The position numbers and the translations under genes are program-made. Under the pieces are notes generated by a model, which saw nothing but the letters and a program-made list of their open reading frames with translations, did not search any database and had not been told where the DNA came from. Below, piece by piece: positions 1 through 9,413 of a stretch of 63,553 nucleotides of DNA (position 1 is the stretch's first letter; the number at the start of each line of letters is the position of its first letter). Source of the DNA: Saprospirales bacterium (GTDB taxonomy: Bacteria; Bacteroidota; Bacteroidia; Chitinophagales; UBA8649); NCBI GenBank assembly GCA_002708985.1, contig PAPS01000033.1, positions 71,803 to 135,355 of the forward strand. Reading direction: 5' to 3'.

Positions 1-744
1 ACCATGAATGTTATCTAAAACAGCGCTCGATGTCGTAGCTTTCTTTAATGCTTTATCAACAAGAAAGTAGTCCAGTCGCCACCCAACATTGCGCTCTCTT
101 GCTTTAAAGCGCATATTCCAAAATGAATACTGCGTCTTTTGTGGATGTAGGGTGCGAAATGCATCAAAGAATCCTTGACTTAGAATCAGATCCATGCCAT
201 CGATCTCATCTTGTGTGTAGCCAGATGTTTTATTGTAATTCTCTTTGGGTCGCGCCAAGTCGATGGGCTGGTGGGCAACATTAAAATCTCCTGTCACGAT
301 CACAGGCTTTTCTTCTCTGAGTGTTTTTAAATGGGTGGCAAAAGCTATATCCCATGTTTTTCGATAGGGGAGACGTTTCATCCCACTGCTGCTATTGGGA
401 ACATAAACATTCACCAGGTGAAAGTCACCCGCATCAAAACGAAGTACCCGCCCTTCCTGATCATGTTCGTCGATGGAAAGTCCACTTGACCAAGATGGTG
501 ACACCTCGCCAAAGGTTGATTTTTTGGTAAGAATGGCGACTCCTGAATAACCCTTTTTGACAGCCGATGTACTTTGAATATGATATTCTGAGGATAAATC
601 CTGAAGGGCTTCCAATACTTGGTCATCCTGAGCTTTTGTTTCTTGGAAACACCAGATATCTGCCTGATGACTATTGATTTGATCGATAAGGCCTTTTTTA
701 ACCGAAGCCCGAATTCCGTTTACATTCCATGAGATAATCCGCAT
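1..744 (-). CDS. xth: Exodeoxyribonuclease III (AP endonuclease); 3' end runs off the window
   Basis: Not in the ORF track. Manual translation from ATG 744: MRIISWNVNGIRAS...FQETKAQ...KKGYSGVAI...DQEGRV...NVYVPN...TGDFNVAH...GWRLDYFLV, stop-free to position 1. Confidence 0.93.
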   Translation of the reverse strand, partial: MRIISWNVNGIRASVKKGLIDQINSHQADIWCFQETKAQDDQVLEALQDLSSEYHIQSTSAVKKGYSGVAILTKKSTFGEVSPSWSSGLSIDEHDQEGRVLRFDAGDFHLVNVYVPNSSSGMKRLPYRKTWDIAFATHLKTLREEKPVIVTGDFNVAHQPIDLARPKENYNKTSGYTQDEIDGMDLILSQGFFDAFRTLHPQKTQYSFWNMRFKARERNVGWRLDYFLVDKALKKATTSSAVLDNIHG

Positions 745-838
745 AAGTGTTGAGTTTGAATTTTTTGCAATGATAGATATTTGAATAAGTAAAGGAAGTG
801 AACCATCCTCGAAAGATAATATCGGTAGAGTATTTTCT

Positions 839-2578
839 TTACAATAGCTCAATCGTTAGCGAAGAATCCGTCTTGATCACTTTAGTGAGCCCCTTCTTTG
901 CAAGACTTTTTGTGGTTTTGTCCCATTGCTTGTTGGATAAGCCCAATTCTTCTTTGAGTGAAGCTAAATCCCGTGGGCTTTCTTTTTCTAGTGCACTAAC
1001 TAGAAGCTGCTCATTGTCATTTAAGTCTTGAGTAATTATCTCTTGCGCGGGTGCAGTTTCTGATGTTTTTTCAGGTCTCATTTGCGGAAACAGCAAAACT
1101 TCTTGAATCGATGTTTGGTTGGTTAACATCATCACCAATCGATCCACGCCAATACCCATTCCTGCCGTTGGAGGCATTCCATACTCGAGGGCCCGGACAT
1201 AATCGTGGTCGATAAACATCGCCTCATTATCGCCTCTTGCTTGCAGCGCAACTTGTTCCTCAAAGCGCTTCAGCTGATCAATGGGGTCATTGAGCTCGCT
1301 GTAGGCATTTGCTACTTCTTTCCCACAGATGAAGAGTTCAAAGCGCTCGGTTAGGTTCGGATTGTCGCGATGTCTTTTGCAGAGAGGTGACATTTCAACG
1401 GGATAATCGGTGATAAAGGTTGGCTGGACAAATTGTCCTTCCGCCTTTTCACCAAAAATTTCATCGATGAGTTTGGCTTTACCCATTGAATTATCTGTTT
1501 CTATACCTAGCGTGTTTGCTATGCTTCGAATCTCATCCTCGCTCTTGCCATTGAGATTGTAGCCTGTATGTTGTTCAATGGCATCAAGAATACTGATGCG
1601 CCGGAAGGGTTTTTCAAAATCTATGGTATTCCCCCAAACTTCCATTTGCATAGATGAAGATGTCTGTTGTACGCAGCACTTGACAAGGGCTTCGGTATAA
1701 TCCATCATCCAATTATAGTCCTTGTAGGCTACGTAGATCTCAAGTACAGTGAATTCCGGATTGTGTGTGCGATCCATCCCCTCATTGCGAAAGTTTCTAC
1801 TAAACTCAAAGACCCCATCAAAACCTCCAACAATTAGACGCTTTAAATACAACTCATTGGCAATCCTCAAGTACATTGGGATGTCTAGTGTGTTATGGTG
1901 AGTAATAAATGGTCTTGCATTGGCGCCACCAGGTATGGCCTGCAATACGGGGGTATCTACCTCGACATATCCATCCTTTTCAAAGAAATTGCGCATGGAT
2001 CGAATGATATCACTGCGTTGTTTGAATAGAGATTTTACGCCTTGGTTGACCACAAGATCAACATAGCGTTGCCGGTAGCGTAGTTCAGGATCGGTTAAGG
2101 CGTCATAGACATTTCCCTCGCTATCTTTCTTAACTACGGGCAGGGGTTTAATGGATTTAGATAACAGGGTGAAGTCCTTGATATGAACTGTAATTTCTCC
2201 GAGCTGAGTACGAAATACATAGCCTTCGACGCCAATAAAATCCCCAAGGTCAAGCCACTTTTTAAATACTTCGTTGTACTTGGACTTATCCTCTCCTGGA
2301 CATATCTCATCGCGATTAAAGTAAAGTTGGATTCTCCCTGAGTGATCCTGTAATTCGGCAAAAGCTGCTTTTCCGCTGATTCGTTTAATCATAAGCCTTC
2401 CTGCAATGCAGAGCTTCCATGGACTATCCTCTGCCTCGATAGTTGGAAAGTGATCGAGGATATGTTGAGCACTTGCAGAGACCTCATACTTTTCTGCAGG
2501 GTAGGGGTTTATACCATAGTTTATGAGTGATTCAAGATTTTGTCTTCGTTGAATTTCCTGTTCGCTTAATTGGGCCAT
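839..2578 (-). CDS. lysS: Class II lysyl-tRNA synthetase with C-terminal helical/winged-helix-like extension
   Basis: YRQRYVDL, LRIANELYLKRL, FRNEGMDRTHNPEFT and GMPPTAGMGIGVDRL motifs. Likely start is MAQLSEQE at 2578 (track starts at 2602). Confidence 0.97.
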   Translation of the reverse strand: MAQLSEQEIQRRQNLESLINYGINPYPAEKYEVSASAQHILDHFPTIEAEDSPWKLCIAGRLMIKRISGKAAFAELQDHSGRIQLYFNRDEICPGEDKSKYNEVFKKWLDLGDFIGVEGYVFRTQLGEITVHIKDFTLLSKSIKPLPVVKKDSEGNVYDALTDPELRYRQRYVDLVVNQGVKSLFKQRSDIIRSMRNFFEKDGYVEVDTPVLQAIPGGANARPFITHHNTLDIPMYLRIANELYLKRLIVGGFDGVFEFSRNFRNEGMDRTHNPEFTVLEIYVAYKDYNWMMDYTEALVKCCVQQTSSSMQMEVWGNTIDFEKPFRRISILDAIEQHTGYNLNGKSEDEIRSIANTLGIETDNSMGKAKLIDEIFGEKAEGQFVQPTFITDYPVEMSPLCKRHRDNPNLTERFELFICGKEVANAYSELNDPIDQLKRFEEQVALQARGDNEAMFIDHDYVRALEYGMPPTAGMGIGVDRLVMMLTNQTSIQEVLLFPQMRPEKTSETAPAQEIITQDLNDNEQLLVSALEKESPRDLASLKEELGLSNKQWDKTTKSLAKKGLTKVIKTDSSLTIELL

Positions 2579-2686
2579 AGTTGCTTTATAACGCTTATAC
2601 ATCGATAAAGGTAAAACAAGGAAGCCAAGTAAAGGTGCTTTTCTTTTGCTGTTTAGATATTGCCACGGATTAATTGATTTAATGTA

Positions 2687-2694
2687 TATCTTTG
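2687..2694 (+). promoter_or_regulatory. Bacteroidota housekeeping -7 element (TATCTTTG) for tRNA-Pro
   Basis: Matches TAnnTTTG about 20 nt upstream of the tRNA. Confidence 0.6.
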
Positions 2695-2714
2695 ACCTCC
2701 GATTTTTATCAATT

Positions 2715-2789
2715 CGGGGTGTGGCGCAGTCCGGTTAGCGCACCTGGTTTGGGACCAGGGGGTCGCAGGTTCGAATCCTGCCACCCCGA
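2715..2789 (+). tRNA. tRNA-Pro (anticodon TGG); CCA not encoded
   Basis: Acceptor stem CGGGGTG/CACCCCG, anticodon arm CCTGG-TTTGGGA-CCAGG, T-loop GGTTCGAATCC. Confidence 0.97.
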
Positions 2790-2800
2790 CAAGATAGTAT

Positions 2801-2829
2801 AAGGCCATCGCATTTGCGGTGGCTTTTTT
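2801..2829 (+). terminator. Intrinsic terminator after tRNA-Pro
   Basis: GCCATCGC-ATTT-GCGGTGGC hairpin followed by TTTTTT. Confidence 0.75.
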
Positions 2830-2837
2830 ACTTAATA

Positions 2838-3020
2838 TTACAGTGACTTTCTGCAAAAAAAGTACAATGGAAGGCCCGTGATGATGGCAAGGATTCCTTT
2901 CCAATACTTCATTGTCTCTGCACCAGGTAATATGCTACTTTCTTGCATCCACGATAGGATGGCGAACATTATTCCAAAGGCAGAAAGAAGAAGCCACAGA
3001 TCTTTGCGATAAATATTCAT
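2838..3020 (-). CDS. Small two-TM membrane protein, hypothetical
   Basis: 60 aa with two hydrophobic segments; fills the gap between the tRNA and the ligase. Confidence 0.6.
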   Translation of the reverse strand: MNIYRKDLWLLLSAFGIMFAILSWMQESSILPGAETMKYWKGILAIITGLPLYFFCRKSL

Positions 3021-3081
3021 GGGTTTCAGTTGATGATTAGCAATGCAATGCTTAATTTAAGCCATCACAAAGGTTAAAATT

Positions 3082-4860
3082 ATGGTTGATTTTACACGTC
3101 TCTTCGATTTATTTGATTATCAAAATCTATCTCATCCAAGGCAGGATGCACTGAATTACAAGTATAATGGGGTCTGGAAGAATTACAGTTCGCAGGATTG
3201 TGTTGATTTTCGTGATAAGGTCAGTCGTGCTTTATTGGCCTCAGGACTTCAGCCCGATGATAAAGTTGCCTTAATTTCTCCTAATCGACCTGAGTGGAAT
3301 TTTATGGACTATGGGATGTTACAAGTGGGCATAATTAATGTGCCTATATATCCTACAATTTCCGAACGTGAGTATGAACATATTTTTAATGAGGCAGAAA
3401 TCAAGATGGCCTTTGTGGCGGACCAAGGATTATGTGATAAGATTTTATCGATCAAAGATCGTTGTCCTAATCTTAAAGAAGTATTTGCCTTCGAGGAAAA
3501 TGTCAATGGATGCGAACATTGGACGGCCTTTTTAGCACGTGAGGCATCAGGCAGTAAAGAAGACGTAAAAGCTATTGCAGATAAAATCGAGGCCAGTGAC
3601 TTAGCCACTATTATCTATACATCAGGAACTACAGGCTTGCCCAAAGGAGTTATGCTTTCCCATAACAATATTGTAAGTCAAGTCAAGGCGGTTATGGACG
3701 TTTTGCCGCTCTATAAAGAATATCGCTCATTGAGCTTTCTCCCTCTGTGCCACATTTTTGAGCGTACGGTAACTTATACCTATGTCGGCGTCGGTGTTGG
3801 TGTCTATTATGCAGAAAGCATGGAGACAATTGCGGACAATTTGAAGGAGGTAAAACCTCATTTCTTTTCTTCAGTTCCTCGCCTATTGGAAAAAGTTTAC
3901 GACAAGATCATGGGTAAGGGAATGGACTTGACGGGCTTGAAGAAGCGTTTGTTCTTCTGGGCGGTAGATTTAGCTCAGAGCTACGAGGAAGGACAGAAGC
4001 CTACCCTTAAAACCAAAATTGCTGACAAATTAATCTACTCCAAGTGGCGAGAAGCCCTAGGAGGAAATGTACTCGGTATTGTTACCGGTGCGAGTGCTTG
4101 CCAAGAACGATTGGCACGCGTGTTTTCTGCGGCAGGAATTCCTATTCGTGAAGGATATGGTCAGACGGAATCGAGCCCTGTAATAACAGTGAATCGTTTT
4201 GATGAAGGGATGTTTAAGTTTGGTACAGTAGGTGTAACTATACCTGGTGTGGAGTTTAAAATTGCTCCTACCGAAGGTCATCCTGAGGGTACTGGGGAGA
4301 TTTTAGCCAAAGGGCCAAATATTATGCTTGGGTATTACAAAAAGCCAGAAGAGACCGCAAAGACAATTATTGATGGATGGCTACATACTGGTGATGTTGG
4401 AACCATAATCGATGGAAAGTTCTTGAAAATCACCGATCGAATCAAAGATCTTTTTAAAACGTCAGGAGGTAAGTACGTTGCACCACAAGTCGTTGAAGAA
4501 AAGATGAAAGAGAGTCGGTTTATTGAGCAAATCATGGTTATTGGTGAGAATGAAAAATTTGTTGCTGCACTAATTGTTCCGGCATTTGCTGCGCTTCAAG
4601 ATTGGGCAGAGAATGAAGAAGATATTTCAGACACTTCACCGCAAGGTCTAGTTAGTCATCCTGCGGTTGATGCCTTGATACAAGCTGACATAAAGGAGTT
4701 AAATACCTATTTTTCTAAGATTGAGCAAATCAAAGCCTTTCGCTTGTTAGCCGAAGAGTGGACGGAGGAAAGTGGTTGTTTAACGCCTACTAAGAAAGTT
4801 AAGCGCAAGGTCGTCATGGAACAAAGTGCTGATCTTATAGCCTCCATATATTCTGTATAA
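3082..4860 (+). CDS. Long-chain fatty acid-CoA ligase (AMP-binding family)
   Basis: IIYTSGTTGLPKGVMLSH, EGYGQTESSP, WLHTGDVG, KTSGGKYVAPQ and LTPTKKVKRK motifs. Confidence 0.93.
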   Translation: MVDFTRLFDLFDYQNLSHPRQDALNYKYNGVWKNYSSQDCVDFRDKVSRALLASGLQPDDKVALISPNRPEWNFMDYGMLQVGIINVPIYPTISEREYEHIFNEAEIKMAFVADQGLCDKILSIKDRCPNLKEVFAFEENVNGCEHWTAFLAREASGSKEDVKAIADKIEASDLATIIYTSGTTGLPKGVMLSHNNIVSQVKAVMDVLPLYKEYRSLSFLPLCHIFERTVTYTYVGVGVGVYYAESMETIADNLKEVKPHFFSSVPRLLEKVYDKIMGKGMDLTGLKKRLFFWAVDLAQSYEEGQKPTLKTKIADKLIYSKWREALGGNVLGIVTGASACQERLARVFSAAGIPIREGYGQTESSPVITVNRFDEGMFKFGTVGVTIPGVEFKIAPTEGHPEGTGEILAKGPNIMLGYYKKPEETAKTIIDGWLHTGDVGTIIDGKFLKITDRIKDLFKTSGGKYVAPQVVEEKMKESRFIEQIMVIGENEKFVAALIVPAFAALQDWAENEEDISDTSPQGLVSHPAVDALIQADIKELNTYFSKIEQIKAFRLLAEEWTEESGCLTPTKKVKRKVVMEQSADLIASIYSV

Positions 4861-4954
4861 GGGATTTAAGAAGTTATCCACGTAACATCTTCCTAAGGTC
4901 TTCGTATATATATATCGAAGATTTTCAGCACGTTAGGTGCGTAAATACCATAAA

Positions 4955-7318
4955 ATGAAGCAAAAAAGCTCCATATTAAGGGCCTTTCGGCCACTGAGAG
5001 ATAGTCGTCGTGATGTCGCATTGAGTATTCATGACTTTCCTGCATTTATTCTTGGATTTGATTTTATCATTTATGACGTGAACGAGGCTTTCTGCGATAT
5101 TATAGGGGCATCTAAAGAAGCTATTGAAGGTCGTCCACTTCGGCATTTTGTGCTTCGTGATGATCTCTATGCACTTAAGGAAGCCATTGGGGAGATGCGT
5201 CAAGGAAGTAAAAAGCGTTTTCATTTCACTCGGCATTTAAAGTCGGAACAACAGGTTGTTATAAATTCTAGTCTCAGCCTGTCTTTATACAAGGATGAAT
5301 TTGGTCATCCAGAAGGAATTATGGTTATGGTCGCAATAACTGAGGATGTCGGAACGAATACCAGATCTACTGTGGAACAGGAGGTAATTGGAAATCTCTT
5401 GTCTACTATGACGGATTTTCTCTATGTTTTTGATATGCGTCAGCAGCGTATAGTCTACGAAAATCGCTCCTTTCTAAATCATTTGGGATATGATCGGGAA
5501 GATATTGATGAACAATCAGAAATGCAGTTTTTATCCAATCGAATTCAGGTAGATTCTATTCAAGGCGATTGGGAAAATGATACAGACTTCCTTCAGTATG
5601 GGAAGAAGGGAGAATTCATTGATGCGGAGTATCAAATTCAATGTAAAGATGGCAGTTACCGCTGGTTTCATGAGCGAACCAGTATTATGAACCGTGATAA
5701 GGAGGGTTTAGTTACTTGTATATGTACAATGCGTGATATTTCCAATCAGCGTTATGCTCATTTTGAAAATCAGGTACATGGGGAGTTTATAGAGAAAATT
5801 TCTCAGACCATTCCAGACTACATCTTTGTGTGGAACTTAAAGTCACGACAAATTATGTATTCTAACTTTTCAGATCGAACATTCATGGGCTACACTGAAA
5901 ATGAATATAACATTGGTGACATGGCTATTTATTTTGATGATGATAATCGAAAAATAGCAAGAGAGGGAATAAAGTCCTTGGAAACTTTAGAAGATGATGC
6001 TTATTTAGAAAACGAGGTAAGATGTTTGGATAAACATGGTCAATCTCAATGGCTACGTTCTCGATTTCGTGTATTTTCTCGAGGTTATGATGGTGAGGTA
6101 GATACAATTTTTGTGGTTTCTAAAGTAATTACAAGTGATAAAGAATACATTGATAACATTAACAAAGCTGAATCATATAATCGAGCAATAATAAGTGCGA
6201 TACCTGATGTTGTTCTTATGGTTAATGCTAATGGAGACTACTTAGATATTCGCGAAAGGAAATACGAAGATGGATACGTTCCCGATATGGATATTTTGGG
6301 TAAAAACATACGTGAAATACATACCGAGGAGAACGTCGCCTTAATTCTTGATGGTATTGCGCGATGCAAAGAATCAAAAAATGTTACCGAATGGACCATG
6401 TCAAGAGAAATTGATGGAGAAATATTCTATTTATTCTGCAGGATTTCCTTTATCAATGAGGATACCTTCCTCGCAGTGGTTCAAAATGTTACTGAACGCC
6501 AGCAATTGAAACTAGCATTGGATGAGAAGGTTGTAGCATTATCCAAGCAGAGAGACACATTACAAGATTTTGTGGAGCGTAATCAAGAGCTTGAGCAATA
6601 TGCTTACATCATTTCTCACGACCTCAAGGAGCCTGTAAGAACCGTTGCTGGCCTATCCCAGGTACTCGAAGCGAGTTTGGAAGACTCTCATCCTGGTAAG
6701 CGCTATGTGAAGATGATTAAGGAGGGCAATAAGCGTATGTATGATTTGATTGATAGTTTATTGCAATATTCCAATACAAGTAAAAATGAGCTTGTCTTGA
6801 CCGAGATTAATCTAAATGATGTTGTCCGTGCTGTCCAATCGGATCTGACCATGTCGATCGAACGCAACAAAACCAACCTTATCGTTGACACGCTACCTCT
6901 TGTGACCGGAGATAACACCATGATTCGACAGCTTTTGCAAAACATCATCGGTAATGCGATTAAATTCTCAGGTAAAAAGGATGATTCAGAGGTTCATGTC
7001 TATGGTGAGGTAACGGCCGATGAGATTATAATTCACGTAAAGGATAATGGCATTGGTATTCCCGAAGACTCAAACAAAGATATCTTCGGAGTGTTCCAGA
7101 GACTACATAGTGATAAGAGTTACCTGGGGCAAGGAATTGGACTTTCCATCTGTAAACGGATCATGGATCGCCATCAAGGTCGAATTTGGTATACCTCGGT
7201 TTACAGAGAAGGCATGACCATTCACTGCGCTTTTCCCCGATCAGCCAATGATTACTCCTTACAAGACGTCTCTTCCGTAGAGGCTATCCAAGGTGCAATC
7301 AAATCCAATCCTTCATAG
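4955..7318 (+). CDS. Soluble multi-PAS sensor histidine kinase
   Basis: About four PAS/PAC repeats (KDGSYRWFHE, DKHGQSQWLR), H-box YIISHDLKEP, N-box LLQNIIGNAIKF, G-boxes DNGIGI and GQGIGLSIC. No obvious TM segment. Confidence 0.92.
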   Translation: MKQKSSILRAFRPLRDSRRDVALSIHDFPAFILGFDFIIYDVNEAFCDIIGASKEAIEGRPLRHFVLRDDLYALKEAIGEMRQGSKKRFHFTRHLKSEQQVVINSSLSLSLYKDEFGHPEGIMVMVAITEDVGTNTRSTVEQEVIGNLLSTMTDFLYVFDMRQQRIVYENRSFLNHLGYDREDIDEQSEMQFLSNRIQVDSIQGDWENDTDFLQYGKKGEFIDAEYQIQCKDGSYRWFHERTSIMNRDKEGLVTCICTMRDISNQRYAHFENQVHGEFIEKISQTIPDYIFVWNLKSRQIMYSNFSDRTFMGYTENEYNIGDMAIYFDDDNRKIAREGIKSLETLEDDAYLENEVRCLDKHGQSQWLRSRFRVFSRGYDGEVDTIFVVSKVITSDKEYIDNINKAESYNRAIISAIPDVVLMVNANGDYLDIRERKYEDGYVPDMDILGKNIREIHTEENVALILDGIARCKESKNVTEWTMSREIDGEIFYLFCRISFINEDTFLAVVQNVTERQQLKLALDEKVVALSKQRDTLQDFVERNQELEQYAYIISHDLKEPVRTVAGLSQVLEASLEDSHPGKRYVKMIKEGNKRMYDLIDSLLQYSNTSKNELVLTEINLNDVVRAVQSDLTMSIERNKTNLIVDTLPLVTGDNTMIRQLLQNIIGNAIKFSGKKDDSEVHVYGEVTADEIIIHVKDNGIGIPEDSNKDIFGVFQRLHSDKSYLGQGIGLSICKRIMDRHQGRIWYTSVYREGMTIHCAFPRSANDYSLQDVSSVEAIQGAIKSNPS

Positions 7319-7512
7319 TGGATTAAGGATCGTCCAATTTCAGGCGTCATGATATCAATTTCATCTGAGTCCATACCATAATTGAAGATTAATTTTTTAG
7401 GATTACTTGGAACAATGTAATAACTCAGATTACCGCTGCCTGTTCCTGCTGCAACAGGAACAAGAGATACACTTTCGTTAGGAAATCTTAGTTGTATTCC
7501 TTTTAAATTAAT
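7252..7512 (-). pseudogene. Relic of the C-terminus of an SO2930-family diheme c-type cytochrome-like gene
   Basis: 86 stop-free codons with no credible start: ...PVAAGTGSGNLSYYIVPSNPKKLIFNYGMDSDEIDIMTPEIGRSLIHYEGLDLIAPWIAST... This resembles the family C-terminus as I recall it (PVAAGxGSG..YDIVPGxP..SIL.YRM.S....MMPELGR..VH.EG..LI..WI). No CxxCH remains. Confidence 0.7.
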
Positions 7513-8179
7513 CTATGTCTTCCTTCTCTCCAAAAGCTAAGTCTCCTGCATCACCAAGCCCCGGTACGATGTAACTCTTAGTGTTAAGTTCATTATCTAA
7601 TGCTGCCGATAGAATATGATGATCATGCGTCAAATTACGTTTGACATATTGAAGGCCCTCTTTCGATGAAATCAGTGCTATGATATAAAATCGTTTTATT
7701 GTTGGACACATTTTGATTAACACTTGTGCCGTTTTCACGATGGATTTCCCGGTAGCCAACATGGGGTCAATTAAGATTACTTCTCGTTCACTAAGATTGG
7801 GCAGGGCATGATAGTCTAAGGCAATGTCAAATGTAGTTGCACTAGTTGCCTTACGCATGGCACCAATAAAACCACTTTCGGCATGAGGGAAGACTGACTG
7901 TAGCCCCTCGTAAAAAGGAAGTGCTGCACGCAAAATGGGAATCAATACAGGTTGCTCTTTTAACAAATTAACTTGGGCATCTCCGAGCACAGTTTTAATC
8001 TGTTGACTGTGATACGCCATGCATTTACTTAACTCATATCCGCAATAGATCCCGCTTTGTCTCAGATTTTCCCTAAATCTTGGTCGATTCATTTGGATGT
8101 TTTTATCCCGGATTTCAGCTAAACATTCATTGAGTGCACTGTCGCAATTATTTAGTATTTGGTAGTTGTCGCTTTTCAT
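7508..8179 (-). CDS. upp: Uracil phosphoribosyltransferase
   Basis: ILRAA, LIDPMLATGKS and YIVPGLGDAGDLAFG motifs; likely ATG at 8179. Confidence 0.93.
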   Translation of the reverse strand: MKSDNYQILNNCDSALNECLAEIRDKNIQMNRPRFRENLRQSGIYCGYELSKCMAYHSQQIKTVLGDAQVNLLKEQPVLIPILRAALPFYEGLQSVFPHAESGFIGAMRKATSATTFDIALDYHALPNLSEREVILIDPMLATGKSIVKTAQVLIKMCPTIKRFYIIALISSKEGLQYVKRNLTHDHHILSAALDNELNTKSYIVPGLGDAGDLAFGEKEDID

Positions 8180-8211
8180 AACCCTTCTAATTTCGTTCAA
8201 ACGAAGCGATT

Positions 8212-8388
8212 ATGCAACAGGGAGCGGTGATTATTCTAATCTTTTTATGGGTCATTGCCATAATCGTAATCATTGCTTTATTAAGAGGATATGATGATTC
8301 GAAGCGCGAGAACGCAACAAGTGCTCACTCCTATTCAACGTATTCTAAGCAAGTACCTCAAACGTCTTTGTTATGTCTCTCCAAATAG
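8212..8388 (+). CDS. Small single-TM protein (58 aa); possibly the detached N-terminus of the downstream wHTH regulator
   Basis: Manual translation: MQQGAVIILIFLWVIAIIVIIALLRGYDDSKRENATSAHSYSTYSKQVPQTSLLCLSK*. Overlaps the next ORF by 16 nt. Confidence 0.5.
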   Translation: MQQGAVIILIFLWVIAIIVIIALLRGYDDSKRENATSAHSYSTYSKQVPQTSLLCLSK

Positions 8389-8669
8389 GCAAGTCAACTT
8401 ACGTGAGTGAGCAGCGAACTTTATTTATTAAGAATAAAGAAAAGATTAAGCTGACTCCGAGGGAAGCTGCCTTATTCGAGTTCTTGCTCGAACACAAAAA
8501 TGATATCGTAACAAGGGAGGCAGTACTGCAAGAGATCTGGGCCAAAACGGATTACTTTGCTGGACGAAGTATGGATGTATACATCAATAGATTGCGAAAT
8601 CATTTAAAACAAGACGATTCCATAACAATCCATTCTATTCGCTCTCTCGGCTATCGACTGGAAGGTTAA
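8373..8669 (+). CDS. Stand-alone OmpR/PhoB-type winged-helix DNA-binding domain protein
   Basis: LTPREAALFEFL...VTREAVLQEIW...GRSMDVYINRLRNHL...IRSLGYRL; no receiver domain. Confidence 0.85.
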   Translation: MSLQIGKSTYVSEQRTLFIKNKEKIKLTPREAALFEFLLEHKNDIVTREAVLQEIWAKTDYFAGRSMDVYINRLRNHLKQDDSITIHSIRSLGYRLEG

Positions 8670-8693
8670 GTCATAAGAAGAGGGGTAAAAGAC

Positions 8694-9260
8694 TTATTTT
8701 CCTAATAGGGTAAACGTAATCGTAAAATCATCGTAGATGAAACCGTCAGCTACGGCTTTTGGATCTAAAATTGACTTGGATTTATACATAATATCGAAGT
8801 CCGTACGGTCAATAATCAACTTTCCATTGATTTGGTTATCCTTATACACATATTGAAGCGTATATTCTTTGGAAATGTCTTTAATTGTTAGCAGGCCTGC
8901 AACTTCTCCGGGTTTACCATTTCCAGCTTTTATGGTAAAGGAGGCTTCCGGATACTCTTCGGTATTAAAGAAGTCCGGATTTTTAAGATGGTTGGTTAGG
9001 GAGTTTTTCGCTCCACCGGACAAATCTTCAACGGTAATACTAGCCATGTCCATTACAATACTTGCTTGACTTACCTCGCCTTGACTATTTAATATGATGT
9101 TGGCCTTTTGAATACTCACTAACCCATCGTGCTGTCCTCCTACTTTTTTGGCAAGCCATTGGACGCTACTCTTTTCTAAATCAACCTCAAAATTCTTTTG
9201 GGCTTGTAGAATGTTTGAACATAAAATCACTGCAAGGATTAAAGCGAATTGATTTTTCAT
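8694..9260 (-). CDS. YceI-family lipid/polyisoprenoid-binding protein, secreted
   Basis: Signal peptide; SSVQWLAKKVGGQHDG, LTNHLKNPDFFNTEEYPEASF and GLLTIKD motifs. Confidence 0.88.
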   Translation of the reverse strand: MKNQFALILAVILCSNILQAQKNFEVDLEKSSVQWLAKKVGGQHDGLVSIQKANIILNSQGEVSQASIVMDMASITVEDLSGGAKNSLTNHLKNPDFFNTEEYPEASFTIKAGNGKPGEVAGLLTIKDISKEYTLQYVYKDNQINGKLIIDRTDFDIMYKSKSILDPKAVADGFIYDDFTITFTLLGK

Positions 9261-9359
9261 GATGAATTTTTTTAGATAATGAATGAGTAAAACAAGGTGA
9301 TCTCATTTTTAGTTCCAATATATATGCCAATTATTGCTGTATCTGCGATTTGTGGGCAT

Positions 9360-9386
9360 AAAAAAAGCCGAGGATTACCCTCGGCT
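9360..9386 (-). terminator. Intrinsic terminator for the small acidic lipoprotein gene
   Basis: AGCCGAGG-ATTAC-CCTCGGCT stem preceded by an A-run on + (U-tail on -). Confidence 0.8.
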
Positions 9387-9413
9387 AGTTAAAATCGAAG
9401 TAGTGATTTATAC

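Noticed and set aside
321-626. Short ORFs 321..530 (+) and 411..626 (-)
   Set aside because: They are shadows or alternative frames of xth (1..744, -).
2653-3100. tRNA-Pro as an integration site; ORF 2653..2904
   Set aside because: I noticed no integrase or duplicated tRNA 3' end; the ORF is simply antisense to the tRNA.
7441-7462. Hairpin TGTTCCTG-CTGCAA-CAGGAACA as a terminator or ncRNA
   Set aside because: It has no U-tail on either strand and lies inside the cytochrome relic coding frame (VPVAAGT).
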